The notes: generated by a model not told the origin, from the letters alone. Counted from the first letter of the stretch, positions 12,194 to 24,956 are shown. The stretch: 64,000 nucleotides of DNA from Eledone cirrhosa (GCA_964016885.1 OZ024758.1:4650001-4714000); one strand, 5' to 3'. A program made the numbers and translations.

Positions 12194-12699
12194 GCGAATG
12201 ACACCAGCAAAGACCTATGTGAGTGACAAAGATTATATTCTCAAATTTGACAATACTAAGAAACATCGAGATGAAGATAAATCGAGCGAATATGTTTTTT
12301 AAGGAGCACTAAGGGAAAGAAAACAAGGTGTTTACCATCTTTACTTATCTGCAATCTTGTAACAAAAAACATTAACTATCCACACTTGAATAGAATAAGA
12401 CTCGCGTATGATATATGGGATTTACTGCGAAAACGGGTGCTATGCAAAATAATATTCTTTCTGAGAAAAACTAAGATACGTGTAAGATCGACAATATTTT
12501 ATTTGTTTGAGAATCCCATATTTCCTGAAGCAAGGAATCTAGTGTATACAAGTTACGGTGTTATTGAATATATAGCCAGTAGAGATAGCAGTATCAAAAC
12601 ATGTTACGTTATAAAATCTAAAAACAATAAATCAGAGCCGAATACATAGGAAATATCCAACGGTAATATGTTGTTCATACAGACAATCATACATGCATA

Positions 12700-13270
<571 letters not shown>

Positions 13271-13632
13271 ATATATATACGAAAATAAGATAGAGGAAGA
13301 GATATATAGAGAGAATGGGGAGTAAAAGATTTGAGCTTAAGCTTAGATAAGATACTAGATAGATGAACGTAGGAAACTACATTATTCTGATTTTATCACC
13401 AATACATCTGCTTGTTGAAATAATTTACATCATTTCAAAAGATATAATATAGATGCATTATGTTTGGTTTTCAGTAAACACAAGTTGACTCTATTATGTA
13501 TCTTTCGAGAATTTATACGAATTTCTGAAATCAATTTTACTCATATTAATAAAAAATAATTTAGTAGTAATATAGATATAATATAGATATTATAGATATA
13601 ATATAGATATTTAAATTGTGTTTGGTCTTTAC

Positions 13633-13815
13633 TGAAGTTGCCGGAGTTAGGAAAAATGGGGCCCTGTGCTACTTAAGTTATGAGTCCCGTTTGAACTTTG
13701 AAAAACATTTGAAAAATTCATCTTAAAAATTTTTGGGGGCCAGGAAGATAGGCTCACCTGGCCAAAGAGGCCCTGTGCTTAATCAGACCTAAGCACAATC
13801 GTAAATCCAGCACTG
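13633..13815. mobile_element. hAT-type MITE (tgccggagtta ... taaatccagcactg)
   Basis: Degenerate TIRs and subterminal ggggccctgtgct / aggccctgtgct; empty paralogous site at ~13460-13485. Confidence 0.6.
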
Positions 13816-13891
13816 GTCTGCAGTAAACACAAGCTGGATGTATTTATGTTATGAGAATTTATGTGAAAATCTTAAATTAATTTTACACATA

Positions 13892-14176
13892 TTAAGCATT
13901 TAGCATTTTAAACGTTCCTATGCGGCCAGAATTCTCTCATCTCTTTCTGTTCAAGCCAGCCGTAACTGGTCACTCATACTGATGTTAAGAAATTGTTCTG
14001 AAAATAAATAATATCAAAATCTCATAGATTCGAAACTATGTGAGATATTTATATGAGAAAACCTTTACCATGAAAATACAATAGTAGATATAGAGTAATG
14101 TAAATGTTATGAGGTAAAGCCTTTACCATAAAAATACAATAGTAGATATAAAGTAATGTAAATGCTAAAGAGTTAA
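13892..14176. mobile_element. Second, older piggyBac MITE copy in opposite orientation, with an internal duplication
   Basis: ttaa-gcatttagcattt ... taaatgctaaagag-ttaa; body is the reverse complement of 11972-12189; cctttaccat.aaaatacaatagtagatata block duplicated. Confidence 0.8.
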
Positions 14177-14343
14177 TGAAAATAATTTCAGTAGAAATAT
14201 AAAAATAAAGAAAATTGTAAAACACAAACAAGATAAACTTCCATGAAAAAATACGGTTTACTTACTTACAATCCCTTTAAGCTGACCGACTTTAAACACA
14301 GATCTCACGTGGTTTTAACAATAAGTCTACCATCACATATATT

Positions 14344-14807
14344 CAGATCTCTGTGAAATCTCGCCGTCAAACGGGGAGATTTGCAATAGCCTTTGGGGTT
14401 GGTGAGAGATGTCTCCTCATGTAAAAATGGGTATAGCTTTCATTATTGGATAGGCGATATCGTTAGAGCGTCACACATCATGCTTTCCGGCATAGAGTTA
14501 CGGCTCTTTAAGTTCTGAGTTTAATCCCGCCGAAGTTAGCTTTACCTTTCATCCTTACAGAGTCGATAAAATAAAACACCAGTAACGACTTTCTCCTTCC
14601 TCAAAAATTGCTGGCCTTGTGCCTAAAGTAGAAACTATTATGTAGGAGATTCAGTACCAGTAATGCACTGGGTAATTGCTGGCCTTGTGCCTAAAGTAGA
14701 AACTATTATGTAAAATGGTCCCATTTTGCCTTATTTCTTCCCGGTGGGGGCACTTTTTTTCATGGTTCTCCCCGTTTGAGTTTTTAGAGGTGAGGTTGGA
14801 AGGTCTG
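14344..14807 (+). mobile_element. hAT-like MITE (cagacctgccaac family) interrupted by a SINE
   Basis: Aligns with the intact copy at 48340-48529; SINE occupies 14446-14709; partial duplicate of the right end at 14865-14926. Confidence 0.75.
14446..14709 (+). mobile_element. Main SINE plus a duplicated 3' end
   Basis: SINE body 14446-14641; second tail cagtaccag...gtagaaactattat 14652-14709. Confidence 0.85.
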
Positions 14808-15238
14808 TATACTCTACATATTTGAATATTAGTTGAGGAATATGTGACCCCCAAATTTTTTCCAATTTGGGGGCACTTTTTATTTCATGGTACTCCCCGT
14901 TTGGTTTTTAGAGGTTGACAGGTCTGTAGAGTCTATATACTTAAATATAAGTTGAGGTATATGTGACCCAAAAGTAGGATGGTAAAATGGGTAGTCAGCG
15001 TATATACTCCATCTAAACAGTGTGTTGTTTAGCTGCCTCGACTTATAAATAATGTTTTCAGACATATGTTCGTATCTGTTTATATTCGAATATATACGGT
15101 ATTTAAACGGTGGAAGTTGGGTTTTAGTCGTGCTACAAAGATATGGTTCTTACTTGTTATTACTTCTACATTTTCTCTCGGTTTTATGACACATTTTCTT
15201 CTTAGATATACCTTTAAGGGTGTATAATGAATTACAAT

Positions 15239-15462
15239 ATAACTATTTCTACTATAGACACAAGGGAAGCAATTTGGGGGGAGGGAAAAGTCGATTAAAT
15301 AGACCCCAGTGAATTACTGGTGCTTTATTTTATCAACCTCGTAAGGATGTGAAAGGCAAAGCTAACCTCGGCGAAATTTGAACTCAGAACGTAAACGGAC
15401 GCAACTCTATGCTATAAAGCCTGGTGTCTGACGCTCTACCGATTCTGCCAATCCACCGCCCT
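15239..15462 (-). mobile_element. Main SINE, long variant
   Basis: Full reverse-complement copy retaining the gtcgattaaat / gggggaggg segment; degenerate TSD tataatg.at.a.aatataac. Confidence 0.85.
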
Positions 15463-15631
15463 ATAATGGATGATAATATAACAAAGCATAATTGGCAATT
15501 AGATGATGCTCGCTTCTGTTGACGTGGTGTTCACATATCTATTGCTGGAACAAATACGAGAGACTCGGAGTAATGGCATGTTGAAATCAACTTCAAACAC
15601 TTGAACTTCATAAATTAAACCTTCTTTCTTT

Positions 15632-15870
15632 CGCGGAGATGTCTTTGTTTTACAAGGTTTTTGTTATCAAATCGTGTGTTGAAACATATATTGTTATATT
15701 TGGGGAGGGTCATGTTGTCCTGTGAAGGCGTATGGCTGAGTGGTTAGAGAATTGGAAAGACCAACGGAACATTGTTTCCTCGGTCGGATTTGACGAAAGT
15801 CGATCGAATGTCTATGTTGTCCTAATATTACCAGAAAAATATAGTAAAACACACTCACTGTTTGGTTTGG
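15632..15870 (+). mobile_element. Family E repeat (homolog at 63837-63995) interrupted by a SINE head
   Basis: Shared aaatcgtgtgt.gaaaca.atattgttatatttggggagggtcat and acacactcactgtttggtt; insert ~15722-15813 (tgaaggcgtatggctgagtggttagag) flanked by TSD atgttgtcct. Confidence 0.7.
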
Positions 15871-16477
15871 TTTGGTTTGGTTTGGTTTGGTTTGTATATA
15901 CTGAAGCGAAAACCTATGATAAAAATAATGATAATAGAGCCCAATGCATGATGAAGGAAAATAAAGCTATCACCAAGGAAGAAGTAGGTACCAACGCTGT
16001 CCTAATAAGAAACATTAGTTTCACTAACTATGAAAACAACACTTCCAAATACTTAAAACATGGTTTAGTATTACATATGTACTATATGAAACGGTATAGG
16101 AGGACATAAGATAAAATGACATAAACAGCTGCTGTTCTCATAGAAATCTCTATCTACTATATATTGACTTTGATAAATGTTCTCGCCAAATCTCAAAAGA
16201 ATGGTAAAGAGGCAACATAAACAATGACAGATGCAAATATATTAATTTGAAGAAAACCCGATGTATATGATTTCTTCCCGCCAAAAATGAATTCCCACCA
16301 GTAAGGAAACAAATGATGTTTGTGAACCTGTTAAAAGAATAGAGACCAGCGCTGCAATCCTTTAATCCTCCTAATGACAATTTCCGCCGTTATGTTCTAT
16401 CTGGTGTTCTAACAACCCTGCCAATTCATCGTCTGTTGTCTAAATATTATCTTCATCAAATACAGTGAATTCGTATA

Positions 16478-16850
16478 ATCGGTAGAGGGTCGGACTCCAT
16501 TCTTTTCAGCATTGAGTTACGGTCCTTTAGGTCTGAGTTCAAATCCCGCCGAGGTTAACTTTGCCTTTCATCCTTACGGGGTCGATAAAATAAAGTACCA
16601 GTAACGCACTAGGGTCGACTTAATCGACTTTCCCCTCCCCAAAAATTGATGGCCTTGTGTCTATATAAAAAAACATTATCGGTAGAAGGTCTGACGCCAT
16701 GCTTTGCAGCATAGTTACGGCCCTTTATGATCTGAGTTCAAATCCCGCAGAGGTTAACTTTGCCTTTCATCCTTACGGGGTCGATAAAATAAAGTACCAG
16801 TAATACACTGGGATAATTGCTGGCCTTGTGCCAAAAGTAGAAACAATTAT
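16478..16850 (+). mobile_element. Two tandem main SINEs (long variant then short variant)
   Basis: 16478-16678 and 16679-16850, each with B-box gagttcaaatccc. Confidence 0.9.
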
Positions 16851-16887
16851 CTTCAGAAACCAATATCATGTCACCGTATTTGATGAT

Positions 16888-17092
16888 TTGGGCAGAAGGC
16901 CAACAATTTGGGGGGAGGGGGGGAGTCGATTAAATTGACCCCAGTGCATTACTGGTGCTTTTTTTATCGGGCTTGAAAGGATGAAAGGCAAAATTGGCCT
17001 CAGCGGGATTTGAGGTCAGAGAGAAGAGAGCCAGAACAAATAGCACAAATCATTCTATCTGATATTCTTACAACTCTGCCAATTCGTCGCCT
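16888..17092 (-). mobile_element. Main SINE, older long variant
   Basis: Reverse-complement match including ggatgaaaggcaaa and ctctgccaattcgtcgcc. Confidence 0.8.
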
Positions 17093-17482
17093 GTTGTCTA
17101 AATATTATCTTCATCTAATACAATGACAAGATATTAAAGCAATGTTCGTATATTTATTACAAGCAATGGGCATTAAATGTGTCTACAAAGGAAGATGACG
17201 ATTACACATTACCTCTCTGTTGTTGAAACATTCTCCATTAGACGAATTAAAAACTTTACAAATTGTTTAAACTAACAAACCAGTCACAGGAAGAAATCGA
17301 GATTGTTACGAACTCATAGAAATTCAGAATAAAGTAAAGTTCTCATGAAAGTGAATTGTAAAAGAAACAATGGAAGCTGAAATCATAAAATGTAGCCTAA
17401 ACATCTATAGCGAGTGTGAATAAGAAATAGCTTTCGCACGTATTAAATTGATGTCCATTATGTGAAGTAAATATAAAATTGA

Positions 17483-17817
17483 AGGGCGGTGGATCGGCAG
17501 AGGCTCGGAGTTCAAATTCCTTCGAGGTTAACTTTATCATTCACCCTTACGGGGTAGATAAAATAAAGCACCAGTAACGTACTGGGGTCGATTTAATCTA
17601 CTTTCCCCTCTCCCCTCAAAAGATTGCTGGCCTTGTGCCTATATAAGAAATAATTATTGTTACTGTAAATAATATCATATTTATACAGTTTTTTTTTATC
17701 ACTATTGATGGTATATAGAACAGTGGGTGGTAGAAATAGTAGCGGAGTTGATAAAATAAAGAACTAGTAATGTACTGAGATAATTGCTGGCCTTGTGCCA
17801 AAAGTAGAAACAATTAT
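17483..17817 (+). mobile_element. Main SINE (5' deletion, 17483-17656) and a separate 3' fragment (17748-17817)
   Basis: Matches to SINE body and tail. Confidence 0.8.
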
Positions 17818-17879
17818 TTTAAGTAAATGGTTCTTATACAGCAAAGCTGCAAGATTAAATATGATACTTAATGATGAAC

Positions 17880-17972
17880 AATTAGTATGTGGTACCACGA
17901 TTAGTATGTGGTACCACGATTAGTAAGTGGTGCCACGACTAGTATGTGGTGCCACAATTAGTATGTTGCGCT
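17880..17972. repeat. 19-bp tandem repeat (attagtatgtggtaccacg) x~5
   Basis: Direct reading; unit contains the palindrome gtggtaccac. Confidence 0.9.
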
Positions 17973-18119
17973 ACAATCCTATTGGTACACATGTTTACAG
18001 CTCTTTATCATTGATTTTGCATGTAAAGGAAGCAAGTATCACATATATCGAGAAATAAACAACGACTTAATACGTTACGAAGTAGAAACGAACCTGAAGT
18101 GTAAAATATACAGGAAGGA

Positions 18120-18320
18120 ACCCCGTGAGGTAGGGTGGCTGTTGCACCGAGTGTCACTGGTCATTGTCCGCAGGAATACTTTTGCTGTCTTGTCCACGCA
18201 GCGCAGCCCCATTACCACCGCGCCCTAGGCCCAGAGCCCCAAAAAACCCTCTCTCCACCCTTCCCATTCTTCTGTGACACCAGAGCATATGCCATTCCCT
18301 TCCTTTTCCGTTTTTTTTTT
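18120..18320. repeat. GC-rich unclassified dispersed repeat (related segments at 18915-18965 and, inverted, 37000-37080)
   Basis: Reverse complement ggacaagacagcaaaagtattcctgcggacaatgaccagtgacactcggtgcaacagccaccc aligns with agacaagacgccaaaagcattgccccagacgatggccagtgacacctgcagcaacagccaccc at ~37004-37066. Confidence 0.6.
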
Positions 18321-18984
18321 AAATATATATTCTTATTTTACATTCCATTCTTTCTTCTCAATCTAATTATTTTGTTCTTTCTAAAAGTAAAAAAATACTT
18401 CGATTGTCAAGCAACTCCACGTGTATTTCCGAAGTTAGATTTCCATAAGTGAAAATGCAGAGCAAATACTGAAATGTATCACTTTAACTTTTCATAACAT
18501 GAGATTACATTCTTCGAGGAGAATGGATTCTTAAGTAATACTCAATGTGGCATTTGTTCAGGCAAGATATAGCGCACATAGATACTGTAGCTATTACGAC
18601 TGGCATTTTAAATAAGAGTTCACCTAATGAAATTAGAGGCAATATATATTGATTCAACCAAGGATATGAAAAACGTTTGTTTTGTGGTATAATGACTCGT
18701 TCTCTACCGTAAACCTTGTCGCTTCGGCCACAAGCCCAGGCTCCTCTGTCTGCAATGTGAAGGATAGGACGATAGTCAAGTACCGAGTCTTGACCGACTG
18801 CTTCCTCTTTCTACCGATCTTCGTCGACACTTCTGGCGTCCTTGTTCTCTGTACTGCCCATTTCTTCTGTATATTCGGAAAGACAGCAACCCGCTTGGGG
18901 AGGAGGCCCCATGAGTTCACTGGGCATTCTCCACAGTAATGCTTTCAACGTTTTGTCCATGGGACGCGGCTGAGACACCGCACA

Positions 18985-19165
18985 GACTGGAGTGTAGCGT
19001 CTGTCCCCTCAGTCAGGGGTGTAGTGTGTCCTCTCAGTCAGTGGGGTAGCGTCTGTCCCCTCAGTCAGGGGTGTAGCGTCTGTCATCTCAGTCAGGGGTG
19101 TAGTGTCTCCCCCCTCAGACTGGGATGTGGTGTCAGTCCCCTCAGACTGGGGTGTAGCGTCTGTC
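18985..19165. repeat. ~25-27-bp tandem repeat (gtcccctcagtcaggggtgtagcgtct) x~7
   Basis: Direct reading. Confidence 0.9.
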
Positions 19166-19502
19166 TCTATCCCTTTCTATTTCCTTTATTTCTTTGTTTC
19201 TTTCTTTTTCTCCTTTTTTTCCCTTTCTTTTCTCATCCCTTTAAAGGAGTGTTTTGTTTTTATTAGATATTGCTCAATTATTTTTATATAATGTCAATGA
19301 CTTTTCAAGACATTTACAGATTCTTTATACTGAATAAATAAAGTCATTTTACACTGGAAGTGATTTTAGCTCAGAACATTAGGAACTTGGTAGAATGATT
19401 ATAAAGGGACATCTTATAAAACCATGTGTAATGTTATAGAATATGACCCGGCTTTGTTCTTTATTTGTAATAACCATCCCATAGAAATCCTCAATTACTA
19501 GA

Positions 19503-19705
19503 ATGGTCGTCCTTATTGACATGACATCTGATCAAAAACACACCATGTTGATCCCATTACGGGAATATCTGGCATTGTTAGAAGCAGATCCAGCTGGATT
19601 CCTTGAACGTGTCCTAACCGAAGATATTTGTTGGGTTGATCAGTTTGAGCCAGAGACAAAGAGACAATCAATTCAGTGGAAATAAACCTCCTCACCTACT
19701 CCAAA
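19503..19705 (+). pseudogene. Mariner-type DD34D transposase remnant
   Basis: TSDQKHTMLIPLREYLALLEADPAGFLERVLTEDICWVDQFEPETKRQSIQWK matches the mariner pattern FLxRxxTxDExWVxxxxPExKxQSxQW; premature stop follows. Confidence 0.85.
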
Positions 19706-20065
19706 TTATCAATTATCTGTGAATTATCAAATAGAAATAAAGGGCCTAATTTGCATTATGGATTGTCCACCACCATTACCACATTCTACTGACAGCAGCC
19801 AGTAAAAAGGATTGTCTACCGCCTTTGCTACATTCTGACAGTAATTCGAAAAGGACACCATGTAAGTATGTATGTATGTATGGTATGTATGTATGTATAA
19901 GTAATAGAACTATGATATTATACAGCATATATTTTGTATTTCCTCGTTTAAATTCAGAACGGCGAGTCCTTTCGTTTACTACGAACAGAACAAATAAAAT
20001 AAGTACAAGAAACTGTACTGGTGTCGACCGAAACACCTGTACTCTTAACGAAAACTGGCCATATA

Positions 20066-20494
20066 CAGACCTGCCAACCTCGAAAAACCGAAACGGTGAG
20101 TTCTATGAAAAAGAGTGCTCCAAAACGGGAAGAAATGAGGCAAAATGGGGAAATTATGCATAATGGTTTCTTATATAGGCACAAGGCCAGCAATTTTAAG
20201 GGAGGGAAAGTCGATTAAATCGACCGCAGTGCGTTACTGGTACTTTATTTTATCGATGCAGTAAAGATGAAAAGCAAAATTAACCTCGGCTGATTTTGAA
20301 CTCAGATCATAAAGGGCCGTAACTCTATGCGGCAAAGCATGGCATCCGACCATATACCGACACTGCCAAACCACCGCCCGGGTGAAATTACACATAATGA
20401 AAGCTATACTCATTTTCACAAGAGAAGATATCTATCACCCATCCCAAAATGGTTGGGAGATCTCCCTATCGGACGAGGAGAGTTCACAGGTCTA
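20066..20494 (-). mobile_element. hAT-like MITE (cagacctgccaac family) with a nested SINE
   Basis: Reverse orientation of 48340-48529; SINE at 20160-20380 with a ~19-bp degenerate TSD gg.gaaatta..cataat. Confidence 0.8.
20160..20380 (-). mobile_element. Main SINE, long variant, full length
   Basis: Reverse-complement match from ccaccgccc to the tail. Confidence 0.9.
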
Positions 20495-20923
20495 CTTATA
20501 AATCAAAGTGTCTCTGATGTAATACCTGTGATACGACAAATATTCTTAAATGTAAAATCTTACGAGATATAATTGATATATTTATATATAAAATCTTTCT
20601 TTTGTCTTAATATGAACATCGAACTAGGGAAAGTGTATTGCTCCAACATTAATAGAATAACATCAATCATTTATCACAGTTTTCTTGTTCATCTTTTACT
20701 TTCCTTTCGTCTGTTAATACATCTAGCTAGATTTAAATCTGAATTATATCAGGATATCAGAGCTTTTCTTCTAGTCAAACTATACAATTAACACTTGACA
20801 TCTACTTCCCAAAACAGTAATAAACCACTACACACACATACCTACATACATACATGCATACATACATACGCATATACACACATATATATATATACATATG
20901 CATACATATATATGCATATATAC

Positions 20924-20971
<48 letters not shown>

Positions 20972-21063
20972 GTATATATAAAATATGTGAATATATAAAC
21001 AAAATCAATTTTAACCTGTTGACTTACACTTCTTGTTTATATATATATATTATATATATATAT

Positions 21064-21094
<31 letters not shown>

Positions 21095-21304
21095 ATAAAT
21101 ATAAATATATATTCATATAAATATATATACATATATATATATATATTATACTATACATAAATGATATATATATTTATATATAAGATATAAGAATATATGT
21201 ACATATAGATGTAGGTTTGCGTGTATGAGTGCGTGTGTGTAGGGTCGGGTGTACGTGTGTGTGTGTGTGTACAGGATCGATCGAGTGTGCGTGTGCGTGT
21301 GTCT

Positions 21305-21343
<39 letters not shown>

Positions 21344-22119
21344 TGTGTGTGTGTGTGTGTGTGTGTGTCTGTGTGTGTCTGTGTGTGTCTGTGTGTGCGC
21401 GTGTGCGTGTGCGTGTGCGTGTGCGTGTCTGTGTGTGTATGTGTGTGCGTGTGCGTGTGTAAGGTCGGGTTTAGTGTATGTTTAAAACACTATCAGTCAA
21501 TTTAACATCTGCCCTAAGTTCACTTGTTTTATATAAAGTATTTTGCTAAATTCTGTCCAGAGAGTTTCATTAAATCTGCTTAACAACAACACCAACATTT
21601 TAATAGACTAATTAATAGAACTAATTTTCTAGCTAATGTTAATTAAAAGTAAATTGCGCAGAACACTATCAACATTTGTTCAAGTGCTTTCATGGCTTTT
21701 TAAATTTCTATAGTTTTACTATTTTCTTCCTCAATAATGTTTTTTGTAGTCGATGTTTTTCGTTGTTAGAACAAATGTTAGCTTTATGTTTTCGTCTCGA
21801 TTACATTGTAGACAAAATAGACAGAGAAAGAGAGAAAACATATCTTTGTTCAAGTCCTGTTTTCAAAACAATAAACGAAGTGTCTTCCATCGATTAACTT
21901 TGTTTCAACTAATTAAACAAAGCCGTCGAGTTTGAAGCAAATAGCCAAGTGTATTCTAGTGGGAATGGTTAATGTTGTTAGAATTGTTTCCTTTGTTCGT
22001 CATATTACTGTTAGTATTACTATTACAGGAATATTCTTCCTTTTGTCATTTTTTAAAATACTGTTGCTGTTTATTTCAACTGAATAATAAAAGGCATGTT
22101 TCAGTATTTCTGTTATTAT

Positions 22120-22308
22120 ATAATTGTTTCTACTTTTGGCACCAGGCCAGCAATTATCCCAGTATATTACTGGTACTTTATTTTATCGACACCGTAAGGA
22201 TGAAAGGCAAAGTTAACCTTGGCAGGATTTGAACTTAGATCATAAAGGGCCGTAACTCTTTGCAGCAAAGCATGGCGTCCGACCCTCTACCGATACTGCC
22301 AATCAACC
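22120..22308 (-). mobile_element. Main SINE (short variant)
   Basis: Full reverse-complement copy. Confidence 0.9.
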
Positions 22309-22312
22309 GTTA

Positions 22313-22497
22313 TTGGATTGGCAGTATCGGTAGAGAGTCGGACACCATGCTTTCCAGCATAGTTACGTCCCTTTACGATCTGAGTTCAAATCCTGCCGAG
22401 GTTGACTTTGCCTTTCATCCTTACGAGGTCGATAAAATAAAGTACCAGTAATGCACTGGGTAATTGCTGGCCTTGTGCCTAAAGTAGAAACAGTTAT
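22313..22497 (+). mobile_element. Main SINE (short variant), head-to-head with the previous copy
   Basis: tggattggcagtatcgg...gtagaaacagttat. Confidence 0.9.
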
Positions 22498-22877
22498 TTT
22501 ATAATATACTACAAACGTAACTAACCACATGTAATATCAATGAGTACATTGTTTGTTTTAATATAATTTATTCCGTTTTAGTATAAAATAATTAAATATA
22601 TTTTCGTTTCGGTGAAATAAAACAGAATATAAAATAGCAGACATTTGTCTCTGATAAATGTGAGATCTTTGAACTAAGTATATATATATATATAATATTT
22701 GAGGTCTATTTCTCTCAACATTCAAAATTTATGTCCCTCTGTGGTTGAGGTTTTTTGTTTTGAATGATTTTCTTTGTTATTTTTTTGGTTTCTGTCCTTT
22801 TAATCTATTGTGGTTAATAAAATAAATTCTAATTGATGTTACCGATTATAATACACTCATGGGATAGCTTCTATATA

Positions 22878-22935
22878 GTCGCCTGACCTGCTAGAAATAG
22901 TAGCAAACTACATACTACCATTGGAAGAAGGGGCT
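22878..22935 (+). repeat. Dispersed motif acctgctagaaatagcagc (also ~6811, ~37633, and inverted ~50345)
   Basis: Four related short matches; parent element not identified. Confidence 0.55.
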
Positions 22936-23526
22936 AGTTTACGGGTAAACATGTTTTCTAGCAAGGGGAAGACCACTAACTCGTTTGTTATTTAATCATC
23001 CCATCTGTATACACACACATAACCACTCTCCACACACACACATTATATATATAAATTCAGACACACAGACACACACAAATATATATAAATGTGTATATAA
23101 TATAACTTGTTTGTATTTTCGTTGTTCTTGTAGCAAGGTGGCAATAAGTCTCCGGCCGCAATTTTCACTCTAACATCCCTAACGTATTGTTATTACTCTG
23201 AGCTATAATTGATCGATTTCACCTCATTGAGTGCTTCGTGCAAACCTCAGAATATTGATTTTGAAAGTGCTATTCGCAGCTGCACCGTCGATTTTACTCA
23301 CTATGCATGCGTGCGTGCGTGTGTGTAAAAATATTCTTTTCCATCTATATTAAATGTTGTCGAACTACTGTATTTCATTATTGTACTGTGTCATTTGCTT
23401 TGTTGTTTCCGGTTACTTTTCGATTATATATATGTGTGTGATATCCAATATTGCTTTTTATTTAAGATATTGAATGTGACTGTGAAAGATTTGTCCAATA
23501 TATATATAACAGACCAAATGAACGGC

Positions 23527-23825
23527 TGCGGTGGAAAATTGGCAGATTCAGAACATTGGATAGAATATATTGCGTTGTTTGTTCTGGGTATGTGAGTTCT
23601 CAGTTCAAATATGTATCAAATAATTATTTCTACTTTTGGCACAAGGCCAGCAATTATACCAGTGCATTACTGGTACTTTATGTTATCGAACTCGTAAGGA
23701 TGAAAGGCAAAGTTAACCTCGGCGGGATTTGAACTAAGAATGGAAAGGGGCGTAACTCTATGCGTCAAAGCATGGCGTCCGACCCTCTACTGATACTGCC
23801 AATCCATCAAATATGTATCAAATAA
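23527..23825. mobile_element. Old SINE head (+, 23527-23610) followed by a younger SINE (-, 23620-23806)
   Basis: 20-bp TSD tcaaatatgtatcaaataat flanks the minus-strand copy. Confidence 0.85.
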
Positions 23826-24026
23826 TACTCACAGTTGTGGTTCATACAAGACACCATGCGCTCTATTCAAACACATAACTGTATGTTTGTGAACTGAAGT
23901 AGATTACAACACAGAGATATATATGGACTTGCTTTCGAAAATAAACCGTGTATATTTATGAAAGAATTGTTTTTACTAATATTTTATCAATGACTGAGAC
24001 ATTTAAAAGAAACATATTTAATACAA

Positions 24027-24220
24027 ATAATTGTTTCTACTTTTGGCGCAAGGCCAGCAATTACCCCAGTGCATTACAGGTACTTTATTTTATCGACCCC
24101 GTAAGGATGAAAGGCAAAGTTAACCCCGACAAGATTTGAAATCAGAACGTAAATGCCCGTAACTCTATGCTGCAAAGCATGTTGTCAGATTCTCTACCGA
24201 TACTGCCAATCCACCGCCCT
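24027..24220 (-). mobile_element. Main SINE, full length
   Basis: TSD atatttaatacaaata on both sides. Confidence 0.9.
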
Positions 24221-24522
24221 TATATTTAATACAAATATTAGACTAAGGAGTAAAATTTACTCCTGCCATGAAACGTCTGAAATTTCATCAATAAATATAG
24301 AAATATAGAAATGGCTATAATTTTATCGCTGAAGTAACATACCCCTTCTGAAATGTCTACTCAAATTAGCTAAATGTCATAATAAGCATTAGTCTCAAAG
24401 GGGTTGAAATATAAACTCGTGTAACTTTTGGTCATGGGCTTTTATATAGCCAATGTTTTCATAGTTTCGTTAATGTACAGTAATGAATGAAAATGTATTT
24501 AAAATGCAGTTAGTCAGATATG

Positions 24523-24850
24523 TGAAGGCGCATGGCTTAGTGGTTAGAGCATTGGGCTTGCAATCGTAAGGTTGTGAGTTCGATTCTCGGACCGGGGATG
24601 TGTTGTGTCCTTCAGCAAGACACTTTATTTCACGTTGCTCCAGTTTCCTCAGCTGTAGAAATGAGTTTCGACGTCACTGGTGCCAAGCTGGTCATTGCCT
24701 GGTCATTGGCTTTCCCTTGCACATCATCGGTGGCATGGAGAAGGGAGGCTGGTATGCATGGGTGACTGCTGGTCTTCCTCAAAAAACCTTGCCCAGGCTT
24801 GTGCCTCGGTGGAAAACTTTCTAGGTGCAAAACCATGGTCATTCGTGATC
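24523..24850 (+). mobile_element. Second tRNA-derived SINE family with a CORE-like central segment
   Basis: A-box tggcttagtgg, B-box gagttcgattc, then gtgtccttcagcaagacactttatttcacgttgctccagt; 3' part repeated at 24955-25145. Confidence 0.8.
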
Positions 24851-24894
24851 ATATGTAGTGTGTGTATATATACTGTACACAATGTATATATATG

Positions 24895-24954
<60 letters not shown>

Positions 24955-24956
<2 letters not shown>

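Noticed and set aside
24527-24595. tRNA gene
   Set aside because: A/B boxes present, but the sequence continues into a SINE body with no acceptor-stem closure or terminator.
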